A stretch of 64,000 bases of DNA from Candidatus Nanopelagicales bacterium (lineage in GTDB: Bacteria; Actinomycetota; Actinomycetes; S36-B12), in contig JANRCR010000041.1 of NCBI GenBank assembly GCA_030726915.1, positions 4,262 through 68,261 on the forward strand, written 5' to 3'. The notes below the pieces were generated by a model. The model had not been told where the DNA came from. It ran no database searches and saw only the letters and a program-made list of their open reading frames with translations. Positions 28,271 through 38,411 of this stretch are shown piece by piece. Position 1 is the first letter of the stretch, and each line of letters opens with the position of its first letter. The position numbers and the translations under genes are program-made.

Positions 28271-28762
28271 ATGACGATCAGCATCGGCGACCGCATTCCC
28301 GACGCCACCCTCCGCATCGTGACCGAGGCCGGACCCGAGCCGATCTCGAGTGGGGAGCTGCTCGCCTCGGGGCGCGTCGTTGTCTTCGCCGTCCCGGGTG
28401 CCTTCACACCCACGTGCTCGCAGGTGCACTTGCCGTCGTACGTCGACACCGCGCGAGATCTATCCGCCGCCGGTGTGGATCGCATTGTCTGCATCGCCGT
28501 CAATGATCCGTTTGTCCTCGCCGCATGGGGGGCAGCGCACGGCGTCGGGCCGGAGATCACGATGGTGTCCGACGGCAATGGCGAATTCACCGAGGCGATC
28601 GGCATGAGCATTGACGCCTCCCGGGCCGGGATGGGACTGCGCTCCAAGCGCTACGCCATGGTCATCGAGGATGGCGTGGTGACGACATTCCTTCCCGAGG
28701 AGGATGGCTTCTCGGCTCTGGTGAGCACCGGTCAATGCGTCCTTGATGCAATGGCGGAGTGA
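28271..28762 (+). CDS. Peroxiredoxin (Prx5-like)
   Basis: 163 aa with the PGAFTPTCS active-site motif. Confidence 0.88.
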   Translation: MTISIGDRIPDATLRIVTEAGPEPISSGELLASGRVVVFAVPGAFTPTCSQVHLPSYVDTARDLSAAGVDRIVCIAVNDPFVLAAWGAAHGVGPEITMVSDGNGEFTEAIGMSIDASRAGMGLRSKRYAMVIEDGVVTTFLPEEDGFSALVSTGQCVLDAMAE

Positions 28763-31008
28763 TCGATCCGGGACAGGCTCCGGGGGTAGTCCCCCGTGTA
28801 GGTGATGGTCAATGATCGGGTCGCCCTCGTCAGCGCGACGTACAGATCCGTCCCTCGACGAGCCGCCTCCGCATCGATGAGATCGGGCTCCACGACGAAG
28901 ACCGCATCAAACTCGAGGCCTTTTGCCTGCTGCACCGTGAGCACCGACACCGTGGCATCCAGGCGGTCATCGCCGTGACCCACAATCCCGTCGGGTAGCG
29001 CTTCACGGACCCGCACGTCAACCTCATCGACCAGCGATGCGGCTGTAATGATGGCGGCGCGACCGACATCCTCTCTCCCCACGACCTGTGCGACGAGCGC
29101 CGCGACGTCACCCGGAGCATCGGTCTTGAGGATGACAGCGGCTTCACCATCACGAATCGACTCCACCGGTGCCGGCTCCCGGCCGCATGCGATGAGGACA
29201 TCGCGGGCAAGATCCATGAAGGGCCTCGGGGTGCGGTAGTTGACGGTGAGCCGCTCCACTCGCCACCGCTCCTCGGTGCGATGGCGTGAGCGCGTGATGT
29301 CACGCAGTGCCTGACCCCAATCCTCAGCTCCCGCTGTCGCAGCCGTCTGATCGAGATCCCCCACCACGGTCATCGACAGCGAGGGACACCGTCGCGCCAA
29401 CAGCCGCCACATCATGGGCGAGAGTTCCTGTGCTTCATCGACGACGACGTGGCCGTATACCCATTCGCGATCATCCGACGCCCGCTCCGCGACCGACATC
29501 ACCTCATCCGGACCCGAATATCGGTCCAGCATCTGCTCCGCTGACACTCCGCGGGTGCCCGTCATCTCCAGTACCGATTCGGCATAGTCATTTTCCGCAC
29601 GACGGTCGGCATCACTGCGAGCCTGTGCCTGCCGCTGAGCCTCGTCATCGATGCCCAGCAATTCAGCAGCCTCGTCCAGGAGCGGCACATCCGCGGGAGT
29701 CCAGGCCGCGCCCCGGGGGCGCTCGAGGAGTGCGCGGTCATCGGGTGGCATCCCCGCAGCGCATTCGGCGAGGCGCGCGGGCTCGGCGTACAGATCCGAG
29801 ACGAGGCGCTCGGGTGTGATCGGCATCCAGGCAAGATTCACTTCACGACGCACGTCGGGTGAATCCCGAAGGTCACCGATGAGGTAATCCCTATTGCTCC
29901 CGAGATCGACCTGCCGCTCATCAGCAAGAACAGCCGCGAGCGCATCCAGGAGGGTGAGCACGAAGGTACGTCGAGCCACGTTGTGGGGGCGCCGTGATGA
30001 CCGTGCACGATCACGTGCGGATGCCACCATCGCGGGAGTCATGACGACCGTGGTGCCACCCACTTCGAGGCGCCGGTCGCTATCCGGCACCCGCTGCCGC
30101 GATCGCACAGCCCGCGCAATGACATCGACCATGCGTGGGGAGCCCTTCACCGCGGCGACCATCTCTGGTTCCCAGGCGCGGGCGTCGATCCCGGGATAGA
30201 GCTGCCCCGGCGTGGAGAGCACGGCGGCGGTCTCGCCCAAAGCCGGCAGCACCTGAGCGATGTAGTGCAGGAAGATGCGATTCGGCCCCACGATGAGGAC
30301 GCCACTGCGGGCGAGTTTGTCGCGGTAGGTGTAGAGCAGGTAGGCGGCACGATGCAGGGCAACAACCGTCTTGCCGCAGCCGGGTGCACCCTCCACCACG
30401 AGGATTCCGGGGAGTGGCGAACGTACGATCACATCCTGCTCTGCCTGCATGGTCGCCACGATGTCGTGCATACGTCCGGTGCGACGGGCAGCCAACGCGG
30501 CCATGAGCACGCCACCACCCTGGACATCCTCTGCCTGGACGCCCCCCGCTCCATTGGCCAGCGCCGATAGGTCGAGGACGTCATCCTCCAGCGACGTCAC
30601 CTCGCGTCCCGCCGTCACGATGTGACGGCGGCGCACGACATCACGCGGATCCACCGAGGTCGCCTGATAAAACGGCTCGGCCGCCGGAGCACGCCAATCG
30701 GTCAGAAGCGGCCGCTGGTCATCATCAGCCATCCCCAGACGGCCGATGTAGCGAATTTGTCCATCGGTCAGATCGAGCCGACCAAAACACAATCTGGTCT
30801 CTGCGGCTTCCAGGGCCTGCAGCCGCTCGGCGTAGAGCCGCACGAAGGCATCCTGCTCCGTGATGGCAGCCGGTGTGCCCGCGGTTTGGTCCCGCTGCGT
30901 GCGCCGTAGGTCCACCCGGGTGCGATCGCGAATCTGGTCGAGGCGGTCATAGAGGGAGGCCACCATGGCGCGCTCGGTGTCGAGCTCACGTTCCCTGCTG
31001 ATCCCCAT
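28732..31008 (-). CDS. helD: HelD-type UvrD-like helicase (RNA polymerase-associated ATPase)
   Basis: Start is ATG at 31008 (MGISRERELD...). Walker A GAPGCGKT, VVDEAQELSPMMW, QQAKGLEFDAVFVV and YVALTRATRSL. N-terminal coiled region is typical of HelD. Confidence 0.8.
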   Translation of the reverse strand: MGISRERELDTERAMVASLYDRLDQIRDRTRVDLRRTQRDQTAGTPAAITEQDAFVRLYAERLQALEAAETRLCFGRLDLTDGQIRYIGRLGMADDDQRPLLTDWRAPAAEPFYQATSVDPRDVVRRRHIVTAGREVTSLEDDVLDLSALANGAGGVQAEDVQGGGVLMAALAARRTGRMHDIVATMQAEQDVIVRSPLPGILVVEGAPGCGKTVVALHRAAYLLYTYRDKLARSGVLIVGPNRIFLHYIAQVLPALGETAAVLSTPGQLYPGIDARAWEPEMVAAVKGSPRMVDVIARAVRSRQRVPDSDRRLEVGGTTVVMTPAMVASARDRARSSRRPHNVARRTFVLTLLDALAAVLADERQVDLGSNRDYLIGDLRDSPDVRREVNLAWMPITPERLVSDLYAEPARLAECAAGMPPDDRALLERPRGAAWTPADVPLLDEAAELLGIDDEAQRQAQARSDADRRAENDYAESVLEMTGTRGVSAEQMLDRYSGPDEVMSVAERASDDREWVYGHVVVDEAQELSPMMWRLLARRCPSLSMTVVGDLDQTAATAGAEDWGQALRDITRSRHRTEERWRVERLTVNYRTPRPFMDLARDVLIACGREPAPVESIRDGEAAVILKTDAPGDVAALVAQVVGREDVGRAAIITAASLVDEVDVRVREALPDGIVGHGDDRLDATVSVLTVQQAKGLEFDAVFVVEPDLIDAEAARRGTDLYVALTRATRSLTITYTGDYPRSLSRIDHSAIASRTH

Positions 31009-31090
31009 GTCGCACCTCTCAAAGGAGGATTGATCATGCCGCACGATCGGTTCCCTGGCCTGCTGAGGGTGGGAGTAGGACGGACTGCGG

Positions 31091-32152
31091 TCAGGCGAGG
31101 GCGAAACTCCGCTTGGTCCAGTCGGCCCAGTCGATGTTCCACATCGCACCCGGACCTTCGTACCAGTCCAGCTCAACGCCGGTGTCCGTGGTGATCACGG
31201 GATCACCCTCTAAAGCATTGTTGAAGAACCACTCACCGTCTTCCATGGACAGGTTGGTGCAACCGTGCGAGGTGGAGGCGATGCCGAGGTTGTAGGTGTT
31301 CCAGGGCGCCGCATGAATGTATTCACCACTCGGTGTCAGGCGCAGAGCAAAGGGCACGTTGACGTCGTAGGGCTCTCGTGGTCCAGGATTGACCATGCGC
31401 TTCATGGCGTAGCGCTCCATGACCGTCTTCACTCCGGAGGCGGTCTCCCAGGTCGGCTTGCCCAGGGACACCGGGACCTTGCGAATCGTCAACCCATCCC
31501 GCTTGACCTTGCCGACCAACTTGTTGGCCGACATCGTCACCGTCATAGAGCGACCGATGCGGAATTTCACCGCGGGGTCATAGGTCGCGAGCTTGTTCTT
31601 CTTCCACTCGAAGTCAACCTTGACATCGGTGTACGCCGGCCAAAATTCCTTGGGCCTGTACGCCATGGTCGTGTCATTGGGCCAACTCCACGCCGCAATG
31701 CCCGAGGGCTTGCTCGTGATGACCGTCGCGGCCTGCTCCAGCAGGACCTTCTGCTTGTCGGGCACGGCGTAGGCAAACTCAATGCGGATCACGGCTCCCA
31801 CACCGTAGAGACCCTTGACCCGCTCCGGATAGACCGTCGAGATCGCGGCGGGATCACCACTCCACTTCAGCGGGTTGATATCCGGGGAGTAGACACGGTG
31901 CGGTTCGGCGCCTCGATTGTCAACGATGGGCTGCACGACGGCGGCGGCTGGGATCTCATCCAGGTCAACCTCGGGTGACGGTGTGGCAATCGAGGCGATG
32001 GCGGTCGAGCCGACCCATGACGAGTTGAGACCAAACGCGACACCACCGACAAGTGCGACGGCAGCAAGTCCCGTGATACCCGCGATGACACCGGCTAGGC
32101 GCAGCACCACGCCGGTCGTGCCCGCGTCGGATCGAGCATGCTTGCCTGCCAT
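31091..32152 (-). CDS. L,D-transpeptidase (YkuD domain)
   Basis: Start is MAGKHARS (ATG 32152). One TM, then a YkuD catalytic motif HAAPWN...SHGCTNLS. Confidence 0.88.
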   Translation of the reverse strand: MAGKHARSDAGTTGVVLRLAGVIAGITGLAAVALVGGVAFGLNSSWVGSTAIASIATPSPEVDLDEIPAAAVVQPIVDNRGAEPHRVYSPDINPLKWSGDPAAISTVYPERVKGLYGVGAVIRIEFAYAVPDKQKVLLEQAATVITSKPSGIAAWSWPNDTTMAYRPKEFWPAYTDVKVDFEWKKNKLATYDPAVKFRIGRSMTVTMSANKLVGKVKRDGLTIRKVPVSLGKPTWETASGVKTVMERYAMKRMVNPGPREPYDVNVPFALRLTPSGEYIHAAPWNTYNLGIASTSHGCTNLSMEDGEWFFNNALEGDPVITTDTGVELDWYEGPGAMWNIDWADWTKRSFALA

Positions 32153-32267
32153 GCACCCATGGTGCCAAAGACAGGGGTGGATGGGGCGCATGGGAGTGGT
32201 GTGGCGCCATGACTGTTACCGGGCCGTGACCTCGGCGATGCTCATCTCGCCTGTCAGACTCCTCTGC

Positions 32268-32711
32268 ATGGAGGATGAGATCGACCGCAGGCTCCTGTCG
32301 CTCCTGGGTGCAGACGGGCGGATGTCCTACGCCGACCTTGCCCGGGACACCGGCCTATCCACCTCAGCCATCCACCAGCGTGTGCGCCGACTCGAGAGTC
32401 GCGGCGTGATTGTGGGGTATCGCGCCGTCATCGATGCCCGGGCGGTCGGCCTCCCGCTCACGGCGCTTATCGACCTCACTCCGCTGGACCCCTCGGCACC
32501 GGATGACATCCCTGATCGCGTGCGGGAATTCACCGAGATCGAAGCCTGCTGGTCGGTCGCTGGTGCCGCGTCCTACGTCATCAAGGTCCGTGTGGGAGAG
32601 CCGACTGATCTTGAGGATCTCCTGGCCCGAATCCGAGCAACGGCGGAGGTGTCGACGCGCACCACCATCGTGCTGTCGACTCCCTTTGAGGGTCGCCCAC
32701 CAGCCGTGTGA
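32268..32711 (+). CDS. Lrp/AsnC-family transcriptional regulator
   Basis: Start is MEDEIDRRLLSLLGADGRMSYADLARDTGLSTSAIHQRVRRLESRGVI (HTH), followed by a RAM domain. Confidence 0.88.
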   Translation: MEDEIDRRLLSLLGADGRMSYADLARDTGLSTSAIHQRVRRLESRGVIVGYRAVIDARAVGLPLTALIDLTPLDPSAPDDIPDRVREFTEIEACWSVAGAASYVIKVRVGEPTDLEDLLARIRATAEVSTRTTIVLSTPFEGRPPAV

Positions 32712-32712
32712 C

Positions 32713-33750
32713 TCAGGCGCTCATCTCGCGAGCGATGGCTGCAGCGAAGGCGTCCACATCCTCGGGAGTCGTATCCCAGGAACACATCCAGCGCACCTCG
32801 CCCGTGTGGTCATCCCAGGTGTAGAAGCGATAGTCCCGCTGAAGCCGCTCGGTCACTGCCGGCGGGAGGATGGCAAACACCGCATTGGCGTCGACTCGCC
32901 GCTGCACCTCGACACCGGGGATGGCACGCACCGCCGACTCGAGACGACGCGCCATGTCATTGGCGTGCGACGCATTGCGCAGCCATAGGTCATCGGTAAG
33001 CAAAGCGACCAACTGCGCACTGACGAAGCGCATCTTGCTTGCCAACTGCATGGACGACTTACGCAGGAAAGGCACGGCATCCGTCAGGCTCGGGTCGAGA
33101 ACGATCACCGCCTCCGCGCCCATGGCACCGTTTTTGGTCCCGCCGAATGACACCGCATCGATCCCCACATCGGTGGTGATCTCCCGCAGGGCGACCCCCA
33201 GGCTTGCTGCCGCGTTGGCGATGCGCGCACCATCCAGATGCAGTTTCAGCCCACGACTGTGGACGTGGTCACTCAACCGCCCCAGGTGGTCCACGGAGTA
33301 CGCCGTGCCGAGTTCGGAGGACTGGGTGATCGTGACGACCGCCTGCTGAGCGCGGTGGACGTCCCCTTCGCGCACCGCATGCACGTCGACGAGGTCGGGC
33401 GTGAGCAGGCCATCCTCGGTGGGGACGGTCCACAACTTCAGACCCGCGACCTTCTCAGGGGCACCGCCCTCGTCGATGTTGACGTGGGCACTCTCAGCGC
33501 AGATGACGGCCTCCCAGGGCCGACACATCGCCTGGAGAGCAATGACATTGGCGCCCGTGCCATTGAATACGGGGAAGACCTCAGCCTGAGGACCGAAGTG
33601 ATCGTGGACGAGTTCCCGCAGATGCGCGGTCACATCGTCATCACCGTAGGCGACCGCGTGATCGACATTCACCCGCGAGATCGACTCCAACACCTCGGGG
33701 TGGATCCCCGCGTAGTTGTCGCTTGCGAAGCCCCGCCACGACTCACTCAC
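32713..33750 (-). CDS. ltaE: Low-specificity L-threonine aldolase family (PLP)
   Basis: 345 aa. FASDNYAG start and PLP-lysine context FGGTKNG. Confidence 0.82.
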   Translation of the reverse strand: MSESWRGFASDNYAGIHPEVLESISRVNVDHAVAYGDDDVTAHLRELVHDHFGPQAEVFPVFNGTGANVIALQAMCRPWEAVICAESAHVNIDEGGAPEKVAGLKLWTVPTEDGLLTPDLVDVHAVREGDVHRAQQAVVTITQSSELGTAYSVDHLGRLSDHVHSRGLKLHLDGARIANAAASLGVALREITTDVGIDAVSFGGTKNGAMGAEAVIVLDPSLTDAVPFLRKSSMQLASKMRFVSAQLVALLTDDLWLRNASHANDMARRLESAVRAIPGVEVQRRVDANAVFAILPPAVTERLQRDYRFYTWDDHTGEVRWMCSWDTTPEDVDAFAAAIAREMSA

Positions 33751-34427
33751 CGATTCACCCCCGCCGGATAGACGTGATCACCGTTGGCACCGTCACCCGC
33801 GAGGACGCCCCCGATTGTGCGGGCGAGGTCGCTCGTGTCGGTGTAGCCGGGGAATGCCTGGTCCGGTTGCGCCTCGCGCATGTCCTGATCGACGAGCGCC
33901 TTGACCGACACGATGACCGCACGGGCCTGGGATTCGCGGAACGAATGCGCCAATCCTCCGACCCAGGTCTCCGCGGCGGACTTGGCTGTCGCATAAGCGA
34001 CGTTGCCAGCTGTCGGCTTCGCGGCAGCCGTGCTCGACACGATCAGATATGAGCCCCCCGATGCCATCAGGGCATCGCGGAACGCCACCGTCGTCGTGCG
34101 CACTGTGCCAAATACTCCGGGGGCGATCGCCTTCCAGGCATCGAGGGCACCGACGTCGACGGTCGTGGACCCCTTCCAACCACCGACGAGGTGGACGACG
34201 GCATCGATGCGGCCATGTCGTGCGAGTACATCCCCGCAGAAGCGTTCGACATCCGCGATGTCAATCAGATCCACCACCGCGGATTCCCCACCGACGGGCT
34301 CGGCTGCACGGGCAGCCAACGCCGCGTCGCGATCAACAACGATGACGAGGTGATCCTTGCCGAGCTCCCGCGCGACGGCGCGGCCAGCCATCCCGGCACC
34401 GAGCACGATGGCAACAGACCTGCTCAT
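33747..34427 (-). CDS. SDR-family oxidoreductase
   Basis: 226 aa. N-terminal dinucleotide fold (IVLGAGMAGRAVA) and YATAK catalytic motif. 4-nt overlaps with both neighbouring genes. Confidence 0.8.
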   Translation of the reverse strand: MSRSVAIVLGAGMAGRAVARELGKDHLVIVVDRDAALAARAAEPVGGESAVVDLIDIADVERFCGDVLARHGRIDAVVHLVGGWKGSTTVDVGALDAWKAIAPGVFGTVRTTTVAFRDALMASGGSYLIVSSTAAAKPTAGNVAYATAKSAAETWVGGLAHSFRESQARAVIVSVKALVDQDMREAQPDQAFPGYTDTSDLARTIGGVLAGDGANGDHVYPAGVNR

Positions 34428-36502
34428 GCCGCCACCCCCGTGATCCCGCGTGCCGAATCAATCGCGGGGGCAAGTGCCGTGCGCAGTGACTCGTAGAAGA
34501 CGTTCAGGGGGAATTCATCCGGCAGCACGGCGTCGATGGCCTGCTTCGTCTCGTCCGGGAGCGCATCGGCCCCCCGCGCCCATACCGACCTCGGATGAGG
34601 CGGCACGAGTGCGCTGACAAAGTCATAGGAGGCCAGCCAATGTCCCAGTCGCGACCGGTCAATGCCCTCGCGATAGAGGGTTTCGACCGACTCGCAGAGC
34701 GCATCGATGCTGTCCTGCACTCGAACCCAATCGATGGTGAGGGTGTTATCCGTCCATCGGATGACACCCGCCTTGTGCAACCAGGCGAAGATGATCTGTC
34801 CGGCCAGGCCGTCGTAGTTGCGCACCCGCTCGCCCGTCGTCGGGAAGCGGAAGAGCCGATCGAAGAGGATCGCGATGCGCACGTAGGGGGCCAGAACGAC
34901 GCCGGACTCCTCAAGCGCCCGCGTCTCCCGGAAGGTCGACAGGTCACACCGCAATTCCTCGAGGCCATACATCCAGAAGGGCATCCGCTGCTTGATCATG
35001 AAGGGATCGAAGGGAAGGTCCCCATGGCTGTGGGTCCGATCGTGCACCAGGTCCCAGAGGACGAAGGTCTCCTTCGCCAGGTCCTGATCGGCCAGCAGTA
35101 GTTCCGCTTCGGGAGGCAGCGCCAGCCTCAGTCGATCGGCAGCAGCGCTCGACACCCGTCGGCATCGTGCGGCCTCTCGGTCGCAGAAGATCCCGCCCCA
35201 GGTGAAGGCCATGGTTTCTCGCGTGGCCACCGTCTCGGGGAAGAGGACGGCCGAGTGGGTGTCATAGCCGGAAGTGAAGCCGACAAATTCGATCGGGACA
35301 AAAGCCGCGTTGTCGTACGTCGAGGCCTCGAGTTCAGCGATCCATTCGGGCCAGACGGTGCGTACGACGACAGCCTCGACATTGCGGTTGGGATTGCCGT
35401 TTTGCGTGTACATCGGGAAGACCGCGAGATGTTCGACACCATCGCGCCGCGCCTGCTCGGGGTGGAACTCCCGGAGCGAATCGAGAAAGTCCGGGACCCC
35501 GAAGCCACCCTCGCGCCAGGCGGCAAAGTCGGCGACGCATGCCCGAAGGTAAGCCTGCTGATGCGGCACGAGGGGCGCCAGCTCCTCCACATTGGCCATG
35601 ATCTGATCGACGCAGGCACCGGCCGTCACTGTACTGCCGACGATGGAGCCGTCCGTGTCCTGGAGCGGTCGCAACATCTCGACAGCACCCACCAGATCCG
35701 TCCAGGCTGGATGGCGCACCAGGGGGCTCGATGCACCGCCGTCGGAGGACGTCGCACGGCGCGCGACCGCCCAGGTCACGAGGTGGCGCCACAACCGCCG
35801 GTGGTCTAGGTCACCGATGGAATCATCCCCGACGAAATCCGAGTCGGCCACGACCAGCACCCGGCCCAGACCCACGTCAACACCCGCTATGACGGGTGCG
35901 GAGGGGGGCATCGCCGTCTCGAACGTGCGCCCAAAGACATACGCAGTGTCGGGGACGGCGAGCGCCCCCGCGCGATACACGCATGCGGCATCCACACCGG
36001 CGAAAACATCGGAGCCCCGGGCCTGACGTGCGTCCATCATCGCCCAGGTGGAGACGTCATTGAAGCGGTGCACAGGATCTTGCACCGTGCAGTTGATGAC
36101 GTCGATGCCATACCGCCCAGCAATCGCGGCGAGGTTATTGCCGTACTTCGGCTGCTCCGTCTCGAGGAGAAGCACCAAACCGCCGCCTGCGGTCACGAAG
36201 TCATCGATGGCCGCGATCTCCGCCGAGGTGTAGACGGGGCTCCCGACACCCGTGGTGGACTCCCACTCATCCGTCGAGCAGTGCGGGAGCACGAGCACGT
36301 CCACTCCATCAAGAGTTGCAGCGTCGAGTGCGCCATCGGTCCAGGCTTCGACGAGGAAGCCGGCCGTGCGCAACTCCTGGGCTGCCTCGGCATAGGACGC
36401 ATCAGCAGGATTGGCCGGCGCCATCCGGAGCGCGACCTCGGGACGGGTCGTCCAGGCCTGTCGATGGCTCTCATCGATGAGCACGCGGGCAACGGGGCGC
36501 AT
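34424..36502 (-). CDS. Uncharacterised 692-aa protein (N-terminal amidotransferase-like alpha/beta region plus C-terminal His-rich domain; possibly the DUF6421 family)
   Basis: Start is ATG at 36502, preceded by AGGAGA. N-terminal VDVLVLPHCSTDEW...GGGLVLLLETEQ. C-terminal LWDLVHDRTHSHGDLPFDPF...MYGLEELRCD. No confident family assignment. Confidence 0.6.
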   Translation of the reverse strand: MRPVARVLIDESHRQAWTTRPEVALRMAPANPADASYAEAAQELRTAGFLVEAWTDGALDAATLDGVDVLVLPHCSTDEWESTTGVGSPVYTSAEIAAIDDFVTAGGGLVLLLETEQPKYGNNLAAIAGRYGIDVINCTVQDPVHRFNDVSTWAMMDARQARGSDVFAGVDAACVYRAGALAVPDTAYVFGRTFETAMPPSAPVIAGVDVGLGRVLVVADSDFVGDDSIGDLDHRRLWRHLVTWAVARRATSSDGGASSPLVRHPAWTDLVGAVEMLRPLQDTDGSIVGSTVTAGACVDQIMANVEELAPLVPHQQAYLRACVADFAAWREGGFGVPDFLDSLREFHPEQARRDGVEHLAVFPMYTQNGNPNRNVEAVVVRTVWPEWIAELEASTYDNAAFVPIEFVGFTSGYDTHSAVLFPETVATRETMAFTWGGIFCDREAARCRRVSSAAADRLRLALPPEAELLLADQDLAKETFVLWDLVHDRTHSHGDLPFDPFMIKQRMPFWMYGLEELRCDLSTFRETRALEESGVVLAPYVRIAILFDRLFRFPTTGERVRNYDGLAGQIIFAWLHKAGVIRWTDNTLTIDWVRVQDSIDALCESVETLYREGIDRSRLGHWLASYDFVSALVPPHPRSVWARGADALPDETKQAIDAVLPDEFPLNVFYESLRTALAPAIDSARGITGVAA

Positions 36503-36651
36503 GACTTCTCCTGGGGACAGGTGGCGACACAAGCGGGAGATATATCGTACCCGATTCGGGAGGATCTCCGGCAAAACATCAGCCTGACAGGACAATCGCC
36601 TGTCATCGGTCTACGCGTGCCCGTGCCCGCCTCACGCGCTACCGTCGCTTC

Positions 36652-37896
36652 ATGCGGCGCAACTGGTCGGACACCGTAGATCTTCAAGGCGATGTGGCTG
36701 AGCCGACGAGCGCGGCAGCCGTCAGCGACCTCGTCCGAGCGCATCCGCAGGCTCTGGCGCTCGGCAGTGCCCACTCATTCAGCACCGTGGCTGTGACGCC
36801 GGGTGTGCACGTTGAGACGGCGCATCTGCCCCGTGAGGTGCTCATCGCTGGCTCCACCGCCACCGTGGGAGCCGGCATGACGTACGCCGACGTCGGCGCC
36901 ATCCTGCGGGACAACGGGGTGGCTCTGGCCGCCATGGCATCACTGCCCCACATCACTGTCGGCGGTGCCATCGCCACCGGGACGCACGGCTCCGGGGACC
37001 ACATCGGCACGCTCTCCAGCGCTGTCACGGGACTCCAGATTGTCACTGCCGACGGAGACATTCGCTGGATCCGTCGAGAGACGGATGCGGACTTCGCGGG
37101 CTGGGTGGTCAGCCTCGGTGCGCTCGGGGTCGTCACCCGCGTTGAGCTCGCAATCGAGCCGACCTACGACGTGGCCCAGACCGTCTTCACCGGTCTTGAT
37201 CTCGACGTGGTCGAAGCACAGTTCGACGCGATATTCACCGCTGCCACGTCGGTGAGCGTGTTCACGCGATGGCGCCCCGAGCCCGACGGTCAACTTTGGC
37301 TCAAACGGCGCACGGATCGCGAGGGAGTGTGGCCGGGCGGTGACGCTTTTGGAGCCATCGAACGCACGGAGCCCATCCATCCGCTCGAAACACTCGACCC
37401 GGTGCACTGCAATGAGCAGCTGGGGCGCCCGGGACCGTGGTGTGACCGACTACCCCACTTCCGTGCAGAGTTCACACCGAGTTCAGGGGAAGAGATCCAG
37501 GCCGAATACCTCCTGCCGCGGGCACATGCTGCCCAGGCAATTCGCGAGGTGCGATCACTACATGAGCAGATCACGCCTCTGCTGCACGTCACCGAGATCC
37601 GTTCGATGCGCGCTGATGATCTGTGGCTCAGCCCGGCTTACGGGGTGGACACCGTGGGCATTCACTTCACCTGGCACAGGGACGACCGCATCTTTGGCGT
37701 CCTGCCGGCCATCGAGGAGCGCCTCATTCCGCTGGGCGCACGACCCCACTGGGGCAAGGCGTCTACCGTTCCTCCCGCAACCATCCGGGAGTCCTATCCC
37801 CGCTTCGATGATTTCGCACAGCTTCTCCACGAGGTTGATCCCGAGGGGACGTTTCGTAGCCCGTTTGTAACCCGACTTCTCGGCGTGCCGGGGTGA
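36652..37896 (+). CDS. FAD-linked oxidase, alditol / D-arabinono-1,4-lactone oxidase family
   Basis: 414 aa. N-terminal FAD_binding_4 region (RRNWSDTV..., GGAIATGTHGSG) and C-terminal ALO motif RPHWGK. Confidence 0.82.
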   Translation: MRRNWSDTVDLQGDVAEPTSAAAVSDLVRAHPQALALGSAHSFSTVAVTPGVHVETAHLPREVLIAGSTATVGAGMTYADVGAILRDNGVALAAMASLPHITVGGAIATGTHGSGDHIGTLSSAVTGLQIVTADGDIRWIRRETDADFAGWVVSLGALGVVTRVELAIEPTYDVAQTVFTGLDLDVVEAQFDAIFTAATSVSVFTRWRPEPDGQLWLKRRTDREGVWPGGDAFGAIERTEPIHPLETLDPVHCNEQLGRPGPWCDRLPHFRAEFTPSSGEEIQAEYLLPRAHAAQAIREVRSLHEQITPLLHVTEIRSMRADDLWLSPAYGVDTVGIHFTWHRDDRIFGVLPAIEERLIPLGARPHWGKASTVPPATIRESYPRFDDFAQLLHEVDPEGTFRSPFVTRLLGVPG

Positions 37897-37928
37897 AACA
37901 TGCGGGCAGGCCTGCCTAAATTGGATTC

Positions 37929-38342
37929 ATGACTACACGAACACGACTCCTTGCCATGTCCGCCATCGCTGCGGCCACCCTCGCTCTCGCCGCTTGCGGC
38001 GGTAGCTCATCGTCTGACTCCTCGTCCTCTGCCCCCGCCTCAGAAAGCCCCATCGGTGGTGGCTCAGCCGAGTGCACCGAGGCAGTCATGGAAGCCAACG
38101 CGGAGGGCTCTGCCGCCGCCGCGGGCCTTGAGCTGATCGACACGAAGAGCTTCGAATGCGCCGACGGGTGGGCGATCGTCTTTGCCATCACCAAGTCCGG
38201 TGACATCGAGCAGACCACCGCCTTCGTCTACCAGGCCGAGGGCCCCGTCTGGGCGCAAAACCAGATCGATGCCATCTGTGCTGACGGCGGCGGCGAGGGT
38301 GTGCCGGCCAACATCAAGGATCAGGCCTGCGCACTGCGCTAA
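37929..38342 (+). CDS. Lipoprotein, function unknown
   Basis: Signal peptide with lipobox LALAAC followed by a Ser-rich linker. 137 aa. Confidence 0.7.
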   Translation: MTTRTRLLAMSAIAAATLALAACGGSSSSDSSSSAPASESPIGGGSAECTEAVMEANAEGSAAAAGLELIDTKSFECADGWAIVFAITKSGDIEQTTAFVYQAEGPVWAQNQIDAICADGGGEGVPANIKDQACALR

Positions 38343-38360
38343 GCCCCACATCCCACCACT

Positions 38361-38400
38361 GACATGAATGGCCGCGGCACATGCCGCGGCCATTCATGTC
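38361..38400. terminator. Bidirectional terminator hairpin between convergent genes
   Basis: gacatgaatggccgcggca-ca-tgccgcggccattcatgtc is a near-perfect 40-nt palindrome. Confidence 0.75.
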
Positions 38401-38411
38401 AGGTATGACGC

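Noticed and set aside
28732-31008. UvrD-like helicase as part of an anti-phage defence system
   Set aside because: The motif set and N-terminal coiled region fit housekeeping HelD. The neighbours are a peroxiredoxin and an L,D-transpeptidase, and no nuclease, methylase or other defence partners are present.
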